A DNA stretch of 64,000 bases. It comes from a virus. Of this stretch, positions 18,790 to 27,312 are shown in pieces. The stretch covers positions 1-64,000 of the IMG/VR virus record IMGVR_UViG_3300037294_000399; one strand, 5' to 3'. Below the pieces are notes generated by a model. The model was not told where the DNA came from, made no database searches, and saw only the letters and a list, made by a program, of their open reading frames with translations. The position numbers were made by a program, and so were the translations under genes. Each line of letters opens with the position of its first letter. The first letter of the stretch is position 1.

Positions 18790-19281
18790 ATGTTATTAGA
18801 AGAATTAGTAAAAAAGGGGTTGAATAATACTGAAATAGGTGAAATTTTAGGTATACATAGAACAACAGTTGCAAAGCAAATAAAAAAAGCTGGCATTGAA
18901 CGTGAAATATCAGATACTTGTGTTATTTGTAAAAGTAAAACAAAATCAACTAGAAAAAGATGTGATAGTTGTAACACTAAAATTAGAAGATACAGGGCAA
19001 AAAAAGCGAGTGTTCAATATTTGGGCGGTAAATGTAAAAAATGTGGTTGGAGTGGAAATTTAGCTGGTTATGATTTTCACCATCTAGACCCAGAAAAAAA
19101 AGATTTTAAACCAAGTGCTAATGAATTAGCAAATAAATCTTGGATTAAAGTAAAAGAGGAATTAGATAAATGTGAATTATTATGTGCAATATGTCATAGA
19201 TTAGAACATAATGATTATGAAAATAAAATATTTTTAAAAATAGCTGATTCAGAAAGTGATGATTTAATTTTTAAAAATTAA
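18790..19281 (+). CDS. HNH endonuclease with N-terminal HTH
   Basis: LGGKCKKCG...DFHHLDP...KCELLCAICH. Confidence 0.88.
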   Translation: MLLEELVKKGLNNTEIGEILGIHRTTVAKQIKKAGIEREISDTCVICKSKTKSTRKRCDSCNTKIRRYRAKKASVQYLGGKCKKCGWSGNLAGYDFHHLDPEKKDFKPSANELANKSWIKVKEELDKCELLCAICHRLEHNDYENKIFLKIADSESDDLIFKN

Positions 19282-19293
19282 AACAAGATGCGG

Positions 19294-19323
19294 GTGTCAC
19301 TGGTTCGAATCCAGTAGGTACCA
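19294..19323 (+). pseudogene. 3' half of interrupted tRNA-Phe
   Basis: gtgtcactggttcgaatccagtaggtacca; aggtacc pairs with ggtacct at 18597. Confidence 0.8.
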
Positions 19324-19407
19324 CAAAAGACAAATAGACCACACCTAGGGTTAGTGATTTAATTAAAGGGTCTCATTCAGTATACAAGTCTGAAATTTGT
19401 CTTTCAT

Positions 19408-19482
19408 GCTGCCATCGTCTAACGGTTAGGACGCTAGGTTTTCAACCTAGAAATCGGAGTTCGATTCTCCGTGGCAGCACCA
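19408..19482 (+). tRNA. tRNA-Glu(TTC)
   Basis: ctagg-ttTTCaa-cctag, CCA. Confidence 0.95.
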
Positions 19483-19576
19483 AGGTTCGATATATGTGTT
19501 GGTTTACGAGATTTGCACATAAAAAGGTTTAACAAAGCGAAAGCTACAGCTTTTTAAGAACCAAAATTATTACTAT

Positions 19577-19648
19577 GGCCCGTTCGTCTAACGGTTAGGA
19601 CGCTAGGTTTTCAACCTAGTAACAGGGGTTCGATTCCCCTACGGGCTA
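19577..19648 (+). tRNA. tRNA-Glu(TTC)
   Basis: ctagg-ttTTCaa-cctag. Confidence 0.93.
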
Positions 19649-19718
19649 CTATCAAGCAAGTGCTGCAACATTTGTAAGAGAAACCAATGAACAGATTGCA
19701 GTTTGGTAAGTTGGTTTT

Positions 19719-19792
19719 TGGGTGTTCGTCTAATTGGTTAAGACGCTGGGCGTTGAGGCTCGGAAATATGGGTTCAAGTCCCATACACTCTA
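19719..19792 (+). tRNA. Glu-like tRNA body with atypical 8-nt anticodon loop
   Basis: Glu-type D arm tcgtctaattggttaagacg; ctggg-cgttgagg-ctcgg; normal T arm. Confidence 0.55.
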
Positions 19793-19800
19793 CTAAAATA

Positions 19801-19875
19801 CGGATTAGAGGTCAAATGGTTAAGATGTCACCCTGTCACGGTGTTCGGAGCGGGTTCGACTCCCGTCTATTCCGC
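19801..19875 (+). tRNA. tRNA-Asp(GTC), divergent
   Basis: cacc-ctGTCac-ggtg; imperfect acceptor. Confidence 0.75.
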
Positions 19876-19932
19876 TAGCAGAAATGGTTGTTAACACCGC
19901 AAACTGAAAATGAAAGAAAGTTAACATAAACT

Positions 19933-20005
19933 GGGGATGTAGCTCAACTGGCTGAGCGTTACCTTTGCAAGGTAAAGGATGTGGGTTCGAATCTCATCAT
20001 CTCCA
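19933..20005 (+). tRNA. tRNA-Ala(TGC)
   Basis: ttacc-ttTGCaa-ggtaa; G3:U70. Confidence 0.93.
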
Positions 20006-20164
20006 CGAAACATCTAGTGAGGTAAGACTGGTAGGCTACTAATCCTAATGCTCGAAAGAGTACTGGAGAGGCTAACGAAAGAACCGAACGAGTAGTTAGT
20101 TGAAGGGATTTGCTTGAAAAATAAGTTTGGTGTAGAGCAAATTGTGTAATTAGATGTTTTAATT

Positions 20165-20241
20165 GGTCTGTTAGTAGAGTTGGTTACAATATCGCACTGT
20201 CACTGCGAAGGTCACGGGTTCGAATCCCGTACAGACCGCCA
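20165..20241 (+). tRNA. tRNA-Asp(GTC)
   Basis: tcgca-ctGTCac-tgcga, GCCA end. Confidence 0.95.
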
Positions 20242-20402
20242 GATAGCCCTCTGATGGTGCACCATCATGGAACGAAGACAGAGATTACAGATGTAGGTTG
20301 AAATAAAAAATACTTTCGGGTACACTTACATGTTGGCGTGGACGCTCTCCGAATCGTAGGTCGGCACAGTTGTAACTCTGGGGGTATTACAAAAGTTACA
20401 TT

Positions 20403-20476
20403 GGGGGATTAGCTCAGCTGGCTAGAGCACTTGCCTTGCACGCAAGGGGTCATCGGTTCGACTCCGATATCCTCCA
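20403..20476 (+). tRNA. tRNA-Ala(TGC)
   Basis: cttgc-ctTGCac-gcaag; G3:U70. Confidence 0.95.
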
Positions 20477-20479
20477 CAA

Positions 20480-20608
20480 CGATGTTGTTGGTGAGTATTC
20501 CGTTCGATTCGGATTTGGTCTTGGTGGCTGTGTGGTTCAAGTCCACGTTAAATAATAGGCAACACAATAGTAGGCATCCGCTCAAGGGTTCGACTCCCTT
20601 AACATCGA
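20480..20608 (+). ncRNA. tRNA-like RNA with three T-loop hairpins
   Basis: Acceptor-like cgatgtt/aacatcg; tccg-ttcgatt-cgga, gtgg-ttcaagt-ccac, aaggg-ttcgact-ccctt. Confidence 0.6.
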
Positions 20609-20613
20609 CAAAT

Positions 20614-20686
20614 TGGGGGATACTTTAATTGGTTAGAAGGCCACCTAGACGGGTGGTAGCGTAGGGTTCGAAACCCTCTCCCTCAA
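20614..20686 (+). tRNA. tRNA-like gene with non-canonical anticodon loop (undetermined)
   Basis: Acceptor tggggga/tccctca and T arm present; ccacc-tagacg-ggtgg loop is not 7 nt. Confidence 0.55.
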
Positions 20687-21114
20687 CTAAAAATAAAAAT
20701 ATTGTTTTACTACTTGATAGTGTAAAATAAATGTAGTACATTTGTATATGAAAAGAAAAATTTTACAATATTTAGCTGATTATATTATTAAACAACTAAA
20801 AACATCTATTGGTGATGATAGAGCATTTAATTTTTACTTAGAAATGGGTATGTGGTTAGATTTTTACGCTTTAAATAGTGATATTGAACTAAATTAAAAA
20901 AAAACAGAAAAATACTTGCAAGTTTAAAAATTAGTTAGTACCTTTGTAATATAAATCGAGAGGGTGTTTGAGAGTAGTAGCTATTAGGAAAGTTCCTCCT
21001 CTTTATCGAAAGATAAATGAAACTTTGTACTGGCGGTGGTATCAAACACAAGGTCGTAAATCTCTGGGGCAGATATGTCACGGAACAAGTCCTCGGTGTG
21101 TCACTGGGGCAAAT

Positions 21115-21191
21115 GGGAGAATAGTTCAGTTGGTAGATAGTCGCTGTCTTCGGAGGGCGAAAGGTCGTTGGTTCGAGTCCAGCTTCTTCCA
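21115..21191 (+). ncRNA. Anticodon-less tRNA mimic with Ala identity
   Basis: Acceptor gggagaa/ttcttcc (G3:U70, A73); D and T arms normal; anticodon arm capped by cUUCGg. Confidence 0.65.
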
Positions 21192-21415
21192 CAATTTAAG
21201 TAGCGTTGCATATAGACCTAGGAAGCTTATGTTGATTTCTATTTAGAGTTGCCGACAACTCAAGTTCGGGGGTTTACGGTTGTACCTTAACAACTAGGTT
21301 AGAGTTCGTTAACCTTCTTCCAAGAGCAAATGACGAATTGGTTTAGTAACATTTATCCACTTCTAGAGAAAAAAAGTTACTAGGGTAAACACTTGGAATA
21401 TGTTTACCCATTAAA

Positions 21416-21488
21416 GGTACCGTAGCTCAGTTGGTAGAGCAATGGACTGAAAATCCATGTGTCACTGGTTCGAATCCAGTCGGTACCA
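21416..21488 (+). tRNA. tRNA-Phe(GAA)
   Basis: atgga-ctGAAaa-tccat. Confidence 0.95.
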
Positions 21489-21496
21489 CAAACATT

Positions 21497-21620
21497 CGGA
21501 AGGTGGCCAAATTGGTAAAGGCGGCAGTAAGTAAAAAAGGTTAACTTGTTTAAAAGTTATGTTCAGCAGAAAAACTACATTGGGAACTGCTATTTGTTGG
21601 TTCGAGTCCAGCCCTTCCGA
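21497..21620 (+). tRNA. tRNA-Pro(TGG)-like gene with a 50-nt insertion in the anticodon arm
   Basis: Acceptor cggaagg/ccttccg; stem gcagt/actgc; removing 21529-21578 leaves loop atTGGga. Confidence 0.65.
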
Positions 21621-21635
21621 CTAAAATAAAAGAGA

Positions 21636-21989
21636 GTGAAGAATGTTTTAATTATTGTTTTATTGACTGTTACATTATTTAGTTGTAAACCAGAAACTAG
21701 TAACGTTGAGGTAAAAGAAGTTCCATTAGATTCAATTTATATTGAAGTGGAAGGAAAACCAGAAACTAGTAACGTTGAAGTAAAAGAAGTTAGGTATTGG
21801 TCTTCTTCTGAAACTAAATTACCAAGAGGTGTGGTTTATAGTTACGATTGTTCAAATAGAAATAAACCGAACCAAAAAATAAAAGATAATTATGTTACGA
21901 TTAAACGAACCAATGGTTATCTTACAATAGTTAAAGATATCGATGAAGATTTATTTTTAAATATTGAAATAGATGATGTAATTGATTAA
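21636..21989 (+). CDS. Lipoprotein with an internal 12-aa duplication
   Basis: Lipobox LFSC; KPETSNVEVKEV twice. Confidence 0.7.
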   Translation: MKNVLIIVLLTVTLFSCKPETSNVEVKEVPLDSIYIEVEGKPETSNVEVKEVRYWSSSETKLPRGVVYSYDCSNRNKPNQKIKDNYVTIKRTNGYLTIVKDIDEDLFLNIEIDDVID

Positions 21990-22180
21990 CAGAAGAGTGA
22001 GCAGCTATAGCCAAGTTGGAACCAGAACCAGCGTTTAGGTCAAAAATACTGGGCTTGCGACTTCTAAATAAAGTCAGAGTGCCCTCAACACTATAATAAA
22101 AGGGGTTTGATAAACCATGTGAGAAATTGCATGAGTTATTACTAGACATTGAAAGCTTATTTCAGCAACAAAAAATCTAT

Positions 22181-22260
22181 AGCCTGTTAAGCTCGTGATA
22201 TGGGTTCGAATCCCATACTGTCCGATATTACTGGGCGGTTAGCTTAATGGTTAGAGCACG
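22181..22260 (+). tRNA. Circularly permuted tRNA-Asn(GTT)
   Basis: 3' part (anticodon loop ctGTTaa, T arm, actgtcc) at 22181-22225 precedes 5' part (gggcggt, D arm, cg) at 22232-22260; joining gives the stem cgagc/gctcg. Confidence 0.75.
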
Positions 22261-22291
22261 AAAAGAAAAAAGTTAAGCTTGTTGTCTAAAT

Positions 22292-22409
22292 ATGAGGGTG
22301 GCTTATTGGAAGAGCACTCCCCCTAAATACGTGTGTAAGGTTCGATTCCTTTTTGGTTTGGAAGCATGGCGTATCGGGAGTTGCGTGGGTTCGAATCCCA
22401 CCCCTTGTA
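22292..22409 (+). ncRNA. tRNA-like RNA with a structured insertion replacing the anticodon loop
   Basis: Acceptor atgaggg/cccttgt; stem ctccc/gggag encloses about 54 nt containing an extra T-loop hairpin aagg-ttcgatt-cctt. Confidence 0.55.
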
Positions 22410-22726
22410 CTAGAACAAACTCAAGTAGTTTAGAGGTGGCTCCCTTTCCCACATTTGGGATATGTAGAAAAAGAGCTGTGGCTGACCACGGGCATCTAAT
22501 TGGGTTAAATACTCAATGATACAGGGGGCGAAGTTAGACGAAAGGTTTCTAGAATCGAGGTATGGGTATTCCCTTGAGTCCCTGTTCTTCTAGTTTTTTG
22601 TTTGTTTTAGTAAAAACAAACTGGTGGACAGTCAGATTGTTAATTCCAATCGACCCAAAAAAAATGACGTTATCATTTGGTAGTGTCATTTTTTATTTGT
22701 ACCTTTGTAATCTAAAAATAAAAGAA

Positions 22727-23200
22727 ATGACATTAAATTATCAATTAGGATTGTATGTTGGTGAATATATAGTAGCATTGCGTTTGCCAACGTTAAGTAC
22801 TGACATGTTAAAAACTAGAACAATCATTGATGTGTCACCAGAAGAAACAGCTGAGTGGGAAGTGTTGGATGCCCAATATGGTCCAATATATATTAGCGAT
22901 AAAGACCCAGATAAAGAAGCTAAAGAAGAAGCTAGAACTAGGATTTTTTATGAAAATCGTAAATGGTATCATAAGTTAGAAGAAAAATATCTACCAGAAA
23001 CTATAAAAGTACAAGTTCCTAGAGTTGTACCAACTAACATGAAGGAATTTACCAAAGGAATTGAGGATACTTTATGGGATAGTGATTTATCACATTATAG
23101 AATTAATGAAGGTTATTTCGAGCAAACATCTAAGTGTGCATGGTGTTCTTATATTATTTTAACAAGACACATAGAAAAAATTCCAGAAAAATTTGCATAA
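22727..23200 (+). CDS. Hypothetical protein
   Basis: ATG downstream of TACCTTTG promoter. Confidence 0.7.
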   Translation: MTLNYQLGLYVGEYIVALRLPTLSTDMLKTRTIIDVSPEETAEWEVLDAQYGPIYISDKDPDKEAKEEARTRIFYENRKWYHKLEEKYLPETIKVQVPRVVPTNMKEFTKGIEDTLWDSDLSHYRINEGYFEQTSKCAWCSYIILTRHIEKIPEKFA

Positions 23201-23259
23201 TTTAAATATTATTCATACCTTTGTACTCAACAAGTAAAAAAAACTTAAAAAAATAAAAA

Positions 23260-23976
23260 ATGGGATTAAAAGATTTATTTATCGTTAGTGATGAAAAACC
23301 TATCGATAAACCAGTACAAGAACCTGTGAAACAATCTGCTCCAAGCACGACAAAGTTTCCTAGTTCTACACCTAAAACGGAAGAAACGACTTCAAATCCG
23401 TTTAGTTCATTCGGTTTTGGTAGTTCACCAACACCTACTTATCAAGCTGCAACTGTAAGCAATGAAGTATTAGCTAAAACCTTAGAAATGTATGAAGCTG
23501 GTTTTGATTCCCTTAACCAACCAGGATACGACTTCTATGAGTTTTTCAAAACTGTAATGGCTGGTGGTGCTGACAACCCAGCAATCTACGGTATGGCTTT
23601 CGGTATGGGTAGTGCAATGGATAAAACTATTACCAAAGACAAATTATTGATGCAGTCTGAATTTTATATTACTGAAATAAACAAAGTTTACAATGACTAT
23701 GTTGCTAAAGGTAATGGTAAAAGACAAGAAGTTATCAACCAAAAGAATCATGAAAACGAATCATTATTAGGTGAATTGAATTTAATGAGACAACAATTAG
23801 AACAACTTCAAGTTCAAATTTCTGACCGTGAAAACAAACTATCTGTAATTGATAGCAAATATGGTCCAATCTTAAATGAAGTTGAAACTAAAATTACCGC
23901 TAATGATTTAGCAAAACAAAAGATAGTTAGTTCTATCGAACAAGTTAAAAACGGAATTATTAATAATTTAAAATAA
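23260..23976 (+). CDS. Coiled-coil protein (transporter-associated operon)
   Basis: LNQPGYDFYEF motif, C-terminal heptads. Confidence 0.75.
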   Translation: MGLKDLFIVSDEKPIDKPVQEPVKQSAPSTTKFPSSTPKTEETTSNPFSSFGFGSSPTPTYQAATVSNEVLAKTLEMYEAGFDSLNQPGYDFYEFFKTVMAGGADNPAIYGMAFGMGSAMDKTITKDKLLMQSEFYITEINKVYNDYVAKGNGKRQEVINQKNHENESLLGELNLMRQQLEQLQVQISDRENKLSVIDSKYGPILNEVETKITANDLAKQKIVSSIEQVKNGIINNLK

Positions 23977-23987
23977 AAAAAAGAGAT

Positions 23988-25118
23988 ATGCAAACTCAAA
24001 CTCAAACAAGGACATCTACTTTAAATGCAAATTTATCGGAGTTGCCAATTTTAAAACACTTTAACCAAAACGAAATCTCAACCAAAGTTGATACGTTTAG
24101 AAAAGGTGAGAAAAACATGTTCTGGTTCTTTAAATTAGCTGCACTTATTGGTGTTGGTTATTTAACTTGGACATATGTGTTACCGCCAGTATTCCAAGCA
24201 ATTGGACAAATGTTAGCAATTGCGGCTACCGCAGTAATGATTGTTGCGGGTGTTATTATGGCCCCAGTAATTGTTAAAGGTATTCGTTTACTTACTAGAG
24301 CGATTCACAAATCACTTATTAAGTATGACCCATTTGCTCAGTTAGAAATTGAAAGACAAAAAATGCTTGTGAATCAAACAACATTCAGAGTTGCTAAAGG
24401 GAACATTGTTCAATTAAAACAAGAAATGGAAATTGAAGCTGATAGGTCACAAAAAGAAGCTGAAAGTGGTCAAACAAGAGTAATCGCTTTGCAAGGTAAA
24501 GCTGAGAAGTTAAAATTTTCCATGGATGAAATGATTAAATCACAAGGTGTTGCTGCTAAAGGTGAAGATGAGTATGTTAACATGGCTGCTGAATTACAAA
24601 AAGTACTTGCAGAAGCACAACGTGTTGCTAACAAATACAACCAATCAAAAAACTTCGTTCAAAAGTACGGTACTCGTGCTAATGTAATGAAAAAAATGGG
24701 TCAAAAATTAACCCTTGTTGAAACTGCGATGGATATTAAAATCCAAGACTTTGATGCAACTATTGATATGTTGAAAAAAGACTACGAGTTCGGTCAAAAA
24801 TCTAATGCTGCAACAACTGCCGCTAAGTCTGCAATGGGCTTCACAAAAGGCTGGGAGTTTGATTATGCCTTGGATGTTGTTACATCTACGATTGCTGCTG
24901 ATATCGCAATCACGGCTGGTAACTTGAAAGATATTGAAAGTATTACAAGCAACTACACGTTAGATTCTGACGAGTTGTATGCTAACTTGAATGCAGTTGC
25001 TGATAAAATTAAAATTGGTACTGATATCATTCCAGATGCTAGTCAGTATTCAAACCCAGAGTACACTTTGTCATCAAGTGACAAATTAAAATCTGGTGGA
25101 TTTGGTGACATGTTCTAA
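23988..25118 (+). CDS. Membrane-anchored coiled-coil protein (PspA-like architecture)
   Basis: Two TM helices followed by long coiled coil. Confidence 0.7.
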   Translation: MQTQTQTRTSTLNANLSELPILKHFNQNEISTKVDTFRKGEKNMFWFFKLAALIGVGYLTWTYVLPPVFQAIGQMLAIAATAVMIVAGVIMAPVIVKGIRLLTRAIHKSLIKYDPFAQLEIERQKMLVNQTTFRVAKGNIVQLKQEMEIEADRSQKEAESGQTRVIALQGKAEKLKFSMDEMIKSQGVAAKGEDEYVNMAAELQKVLAEAQRVANKYNQSKNFVQKYGTRANVMKKMGQKLTLVETAMDIKIQDFDATIDMLKKDYEFGQKSNAATTAAKSAMGFTKGWEFDYALDVVTSTIAADIAITAGNLKDIESITSNYTLDSDELYANLNAVADKIKIGTDIIPDASQYSNPEYTLSSSDKLKSGGFGDMF

Positions 25119-25384
25119 GAAATATTAGATAAAAAACTGTTCGAGTAGCTATTGCGTCTTATCAACCGATTGTAAAGTAGTGGACAAAATATATACGGGA
25201 TTGCTGAGCCTAAATGAGTAAGAAGGAAGTCATAAGAGTTTTAAACCGATAAGGGTAGTTTCTCCGATGGCGAAAAAAAAAAAAGAAAAAAAAAATGACA
25301 AAATGTTTGGTAGATTAAAAAAGAATATGTACCTTTGTCATGTTAAATTAAATAAAGTAAATTTTATAAACTAAAAATAAACAA

Positions 25385-27199
25385 ATGGGAAGAATTTTAA
25401 AACAAGCTAAATTAACAACTTTAGCTGAAAGTGTAATCGTAGCGTTAGGTGTAATCTTAATCTGTGGAATCGTTTATATGGTATCTCCTGGGTTACGAGT
25501 TGAAGTTTCAAAACAATTAACTGGTCTAGAATTAAATAGTGACGAGTTAAACAATGTGACGAGTGGTGCTAAATTACCGTTACCATCTACACAACCATCT
25601 ACCGCTGTTGCGAATCAAGGACTTATTCGTATTGCAGAATATGCTTGGAATGGTAACTCTGGTATGATTGTAGCAAATGGTGGACCACGTACAACACAAG
25701 GGTCTCTTATGGAAGCTGCTGGTGTTAACCTTGAAATCGTAAGACAAGATATGGTTGGTGGGTTACGTGATATGCAAATAAAATTCGTTGAAGAATATGA
25801 TAAAGGTTTTGCTTATCCAAAATCAGACAAATCAGCTTGGGGTGTTAGTATAATGGGTGACGGTGTTCCGTTCTATATTACTACAACACAAAAAGCGTTA
25901 GATGAAAAGTTTGGTAAAAACAAATATCATGTACAAGTTATCGGTGCTTACGGATTATCTTATGGTGAGGATAAATTAATTGGTCCAAAAATTTGGAAAG
26001 AAAACCCACAATCAATGAGAGGTGCTGTAGTTTCTTCTGTAATTGGTGATGGTGACTGGGTTGTTGCGTGTAACTATGCGTTTGCTAATAAAGTACCAGT
26101 AAATCCAGACCCAACAACTTACGATGCAGATGCCTTGAATTTTTTCCCATCACAAGACGATGACTACATCAACTCAGTTAAAGAATTAATCAAATCTCAA
26201 AAAACAGGGTTTATAGTTCCTTTGAAAGAAGTTAAAGATGGTAAATTAACTGGTAAGACAGTAAATAGAAAAATTGATGGTGCAACTACTTGGACTCCTG
26301 GTGATAAGATGGCGTTTGATGCGTTGACTGGGTTTACCGATGTAGTTTCAACTAAAGAGTTCGTTAACCAAATGGCTACTACTTTAGTAGTGATTAAAGA
26401 GTGGGCTTTGCAACATGAAAAAGAAGTTGTGTCTATCTTAAAACAAACTTATACTGCAACTAATCAAATTAAGTTATATGATGAATGGGCTGTAAAAGCT
26501 TCTGAAGCCGTAGCTAAAACTTATGACTTTGAAACACCAGCTTATTGGTATAAAATGTTTAAAGGTCAAAAAGGTACTAAAGATGGTTTAGATTATAATA
26601 TTGGTGGTACACGTGTCTTCAATTATGCTGATGCTATGCAATATTACGGAATTACTGATGGTAACAACCGATACAAAGCAGTTTACAATCAAATCTCTAC
26701 TTATTTGACTGACTTGAACCCAATGGGTTTCAATGAATCAAACCCTAATGGTGTAGTAGCTTATGAAGATGCAGTTAACTTATATTTCTTAAAAAGTGTT
26801 ACCGATGTTGCGGTAGGTAAAGCTGAAAAAATTAACTACGATGGTAATAAGACTAAAGTATTAGCTAGTGGTCAATGGAACATAAACTTTGCAACTGCAA
26901 GTACGTCAATTCAAGGTTCGGATAAAGACTTAGAGGCCATATACAACTTATTAATGCAAGCTGAACAAGCCAAATTGAAAATTGTTGGTCATACCGATAA
27001 CGTAGGTGATTCTGGTTCTAATCTAACATTATCAAAAGGTCGTGCTAATTCAGTTGTTGAGTGCTTAATTAATAGAGGTATTTCTAAAAATCGTTTCCAA
27101 TTGGTTGATGGTAAAGGTGATGCTTCTCCAATTGCGACTAATGCAACTCCAGCTGGTAAAGCTAAGAACAGACGTGTGGAAATCACATTGTTAGACTAA
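25385..27199 (+). CDS. ABC substrate-binding protein (SsuA/TauA-like) with C-terminal OmpA domain
   Basis: N-terminal TM; GHTDNVG...NLTLSKGRA...NRRVEI. Confidence 0.85.
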   Translation: MGRILKQAKLTTLAESVIVALGVILICGIVYMVSPGLRVEVSKQLTGLELNSDELNNVTSGAKLPLPSTQPSTAVANQGLIRIAEYAWNGNSGMIVANGGPRTTQGSLMEAAGVNLEIVRQDMVGGLRDMQIKFVEEYDKGFAYPKSDKSAWGVSIMGDGVPFYITTTQKALDEKFGKNKYHVQVIGAYGLSYGEDKLIGPKIWKENPQSMRGAVVSSVIGDGDWVVACNYAFANKVPVNPDPTTYDADALNFFPSQDDDYINSVKELIKSQKTGFIVPLKEVKDGKLTGKTVNRKIDGATTWTPGDKMAFDALTGFTDVVSTKEFVNQMATTLVVIKEWALQHEKEVVSILKQTYTATNQIKLYDEWAVKASEAVAKTYDFETPAYWYKMFKGQKGTKDGLDYNIGGTRVFNYADAMQYYGITDGNNRYKAVYNQISTYLTDLNPMGFNESNPNGVVAYEDAVNLYFLKSVTDVAVGKAEKINYDGNKTKVLASGQWNINFATASTSIQGSDKDLEAIYNLLMQAEQAKLKIVGHTDNVGDSGSNLTLSKGRANSVVECLINRGISKNRFQLVDGKGDASPIATNATPAGKAKNRRVEITLLD

Positions 27200-27312
27200 G
27201 AATAAATATAAATTAAAAATCCTCAGAGAAATCTGGGGATTTTTTTTGTAAAAAGATTTGGAAGTTCGAATTAAATTTCGTACCTTTGTCTTATAAATTT
27301 TAAAACAATAAA

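Noticed and set aside
20957-21110. RNase P RNA suggested by aggaaagttcc
   Set aside because: Does not match GAGGAAAGUCC fully and the 3' P4 partner is not recognisable; left as unassigned structured RNA
21561-21578. preQ1 riboswitch suggested by gttcagc...aaaaacta
   Set aside because: Lies inside a tRNA body rather than a 5' UTR and lacks the preQ1 P1 stem-loop arrangement
19687-22519. ORF-track entries 19687, 20431, 20935, 20968, 21931, 22292 (and 32577)
   Set aside because: They overlap tRNA or structured RNA genes and have no protein-like features
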